A stretch of DNA of 31,917 bases from Gonapodya sp. JEL0774 (lineage: Eukaryota): assembly GCA_027604505.1 (NCBI GenBank), contig JADIIX010000089.1:62001-93917 (forward strand), in the 5' to 3' direction. The translations under genes were made by a program, and so were the position numbers. Under the pieces are notes generated by a model that ran no database searches, was not told the DNA's origin, and worked only from the letters and a program-made list of their open reading frames with translations. Positions 28,830 through 31,917 of the stretch are shown here, in pieces; the first letter of the stretch is position 1; every line of letters begins with the position of its first letter.

Positions 28830-29054
28830 AGTAGTTCTGACGCCCTCTGACAGTCGTCAGTCAGAAGGTCATTCATTTTCAATCTCTTTACTAGGGGGTT
28901 GGTTGAAACAAGGTGACACGCGATCATATTTGAAAAGCGATCTGCCTGGATCAGAGCTTTCTGTCAAACCACATCAGAAGTTTACCTCTTATCGGTGTCA
29001 CGTCGGAGATCAAGATGAGGAAAGTGGTTGTTGTTCTGCGAGAGCTAGTGAACT

Positions 29055-29537
29055 TTGCCCATCGCTGAGAACCTCACTCCAGTTTGTATTCAAAGCGAGT
29101 ACCCAGACTCCCGTGATGTCGAGAATTTTTGTATGTTTTGCGTAGAAAACTACATGTCCCTAGGAAAGATGGAACTGTTGATCATATCAACAAGTGGTTA
29201 CGACTTGCGTGGTGAGTTTGAGCCTGTGATGATATCTATGAGGGATCTTTCTTACACAAAACCGTACCTGTTGACGTGCAGGGCCTCCAAGGAGCTGAAA
29301 GAAGATTTTCTTTGCACAGACAAAATCACTTCGGCAGCGCTCCTGAGCACCCCGGGAAACGGGAAGTTTCTGGGAACAACAGACTCACTTATGATATTGC
29401 GTTTGTTGAATGCCGTTTCTGGATGGGATCTTGCAGGGGATCTTGCAGGGGATCCCGAACGGAAGGTGGATGAAGCGCGGACGGAAAGGACGGTGGAAAG
29501 GTACGTCAGACTAATGAAATCGATTTTACAGAGGTGA
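29055..29537 (+). CDS. Hypothetical ORF or exon, unknown function, with an in-frame 12-bp tandem repeat (29425-29454, DLAG x2)
   Basis: 160-codon open frame with globular-like composition; no recognisable motif. Confidence 0.25.
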   Translation: MPIAENLTPVCIQSEYPDSRDVENFCMFCVENYMSLGKMELLIISTSGYDLRGEFEPVMISMRDLSYTKPYLLTCRASKELKEDFLCTDKITSAALLSTPGNGKFLGTTDSLMILRLLNAVSGWDLAGDLAGDPERKVDEARTERTVERYVRLMKSILQR

Positions 29538-31917
29538 GGGACCGATCATTATTGTATCGTGTCTGCATTCGATTTTTGCATTGAGAGAGAGCTGATCTTC
29601 CACTAGTTTTTTCGGCGTATCCCTGGCATTTGGGCAACCGGCAAAGAGTATCGATCAGATGTCACAATCCTCTTTAGGATTGTCCAGCATGCTGATCGCG
29701 AGGTATGATTGAACAGTTTTTTCTGAAATTATTATCTGGGATTGAACATTTTTGTTCTCAAAACAGTCAACCTATGGTGACGTGTTCAGTCTTCCACTGC
29801 AGCACAACAGTCACAGATGCAGAGGATTTGCTCACTCACTTTCAGTCATCTCACGGGTAAGAGCAGCAGATAAGTGCGAACATTGATTAAAACCTGATAA
29901 ATAACACGAAGTTGTTCCACTTAGGAATCGCTCTTTGCATGCCTTAAAGATTGGAACACGAGCGGTACCTCCCCACCAAGAAAAGAGCGCCACTGCCCAA
30001 AACTTCTCCGTCGAAGTTAGTGACCTCAAACAAAACAGCTCTTCAATTCTTGTCTTGAGAAACCACGTGGTAGTGCAGTCGGTGTTGGGAATTCTACTAA
30101 AAGTTGTGAGTGGGACCAGTTCTTTTCAGAGTCCAAGCACCATTTCATGTGTATTGATTTGAAAGGACCGCGCAGATGCCGAGGGCTGGAGAAATTATTT
30201 CACAACTGGGAGGGGGCTGCGGAGATTGTTGAAATGGAACCAGAAAGAATCAATCTGGATTGGACTGTGCCCAAATTCGAGAGAACTGATCGACGGGGAA
30301 AACAGAAAAACATGTTGTGGTAAGTCTTATATTCCTTATATTCCTTCAATCAAATGGTGCCATCATTTTCTCGTGCATTAAACCAGGGTCCCTGTCGCAT
30401 CAATTTTGAGAGTATGCGACTGCATGTACGGATGGTTGTTTGATGCAATCTGGTATGGTATTCACGGAGCGGAGCTCGACTTCAACGAGTTCTGTGAGTA
30501 GATTATTTATCATCTGATGTGAATGGAAGCGTGGTTAACACAAACTCATGCATACAGACGAAACTCAACTTGCAACGGAGGAATGCCGTTCAAGCTCAGT
30601 CATTCCAGAAGCGCAGCCACTTGGCGAAATTGATATCACAGGAACCATATCAAACGGTAATTCAAAGAGTTTTTTGCTATTTCAACATATTTTACCTAAT
30701 TAGAGCAACTGTCTACAGAGAGCTCACCAGAAGGTCATCCAATTCAAAAACTTAGACGAATTGAGGGTCGTGCATCTGGGGAGGTTGAAGAATTGGACTA
30801 AGTACATGAATAGTGGTCGTGTTCAGGGATCTTGAATTGTTGAGACAAGCACCCGAGATGCGGTGCCAGAACAATGACCAGGAAATTGCCTTCTGGTATT
30901 ACTCTAATCCTGACCAATTTGGCGACGTGATGTCTCCCTGTTCGTTCACAAAATGCTCCAAGGTGGATATCACGTCAAACATGACCCTAACTTTGTCACA
31001 CACACCAAGCTCTGACCTTGACGTTCCGTTGTCCAAGTTATTTTCTCCCGAGTTGTCTGAGCAGCTTAGTCTTCGCATTCCATTCGCAATGATGCGCTCT
31101 CCCTCCTAAAACTGCGTTTCATTATCGCTCCTCCTTGCACAATAAGAATCCCAGAGAAAGAAACTCTCGTCGACTTTAGATATTGATATGGATGATGCCG
31201 ACGATGTTTCCAAAGCTACTTCTCAGCGCACTCGAACCTGAGCTTGCCATCCGAAATCCACCATCAAGACCGACTTCCAAGTCAGAGCGATCCCCTCCTC
31301 ACGAATTTGTTCGACGCCAGATGGACAGTAGCGTTCTTGCCAGGCGAGTTCAGCTCATCACAAGTCTGCTAAACCATCCAGAAATCCAGAGACAATATTC
31401 CGATAAACGCTGTAAGCATCGCTCTCCTATTGCCGATTCAAGAGCGACCGTGCGCGTGAAAACGGAGATTCCCGGAACGAGAAGAAGTCCCCGCCAGCCG
31501 CAACCCTGCCGCTGCGCTCACAAAGACCAATCACTTCCCAATCCAGAAAACTACTGAACGGAGTGGAGCCGATCGATGGGAGCGCAAGGACAAGGTCTGC
31601 GAATGGGAAGCACACCAGATTGGTAGTAATACGAGAGAGCGAAGACGAGCGAAAAAGAGTAGGAGGCCCATTGAGAGTGGGCGGTACATGGGTCGCCAAG
31701 CAAGGAGTGCATACGCGGAGAAGTGAGTCGAGAGTTGTTCGGATTGGATGGGTATGTGTGTGGTCACATCTCAGGGTGGCGAAGTGGCAGGCACTGAGGT
31801 TGCAAAAACGCACAGGGAGTTTTGTGTTGAACCCATCCACGGCCGGCCCTACCATCCGCAGAACCAAGGATCCATCGAGAGGGCTCATCAGACAGTGAAG
31901 CCAAGGGTATGGCACGG

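Noticed and set aside
30900..31915. Possible minus-strand gene end and several ORFs at the window end
   Set aside because: No recognisable motifs and no consistent exon chain could be built.

Overview
Eukaryotic, intron-rich fungal-type DNA (GT-AG introns, mostly about 55-130 nt). The stand-alone spermidine synthase argues against Basidiomycota; an early-diverging fungus is my inference. Bases 1-16.6 kb are a dense housekeeping block: 3' part of PRP31, a RING/LON-domain protein ending in CaaX, an 8-exon orphan gene, VAP/Scs2, V-ATPase subunit D, a Bro1-domain PalA/Rim20-like protein, triosephosphate isomerase and spermidine synthase. The long third intron of spermidine synthase holds a C/D-box snoRNA whose guide matches the LSU rRNA P-loop (snR67/U31-like). 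At 17.16-21.4 kb lies the most unusual structure: two ~0.95 kb inverted arms, each with an intronless gene for a small secreted 4-Cys protein. The two proteins are ~73% identical with clustered hypervariable segments, while their inner non-coding flanks are 100% identical over 187 bp. The arms enclose a 2.34 kb spacer carrying a 4-copy palindromic 22-mer array. A GC-rich low-complexity island with an ISA2-like Fe-S assembly gene and an assembly gap follows. The last 6 kb are gene-poor, with degenerate repeats and a possible LINE endonuclease relic. All calls come from manual reading; no searches were run.
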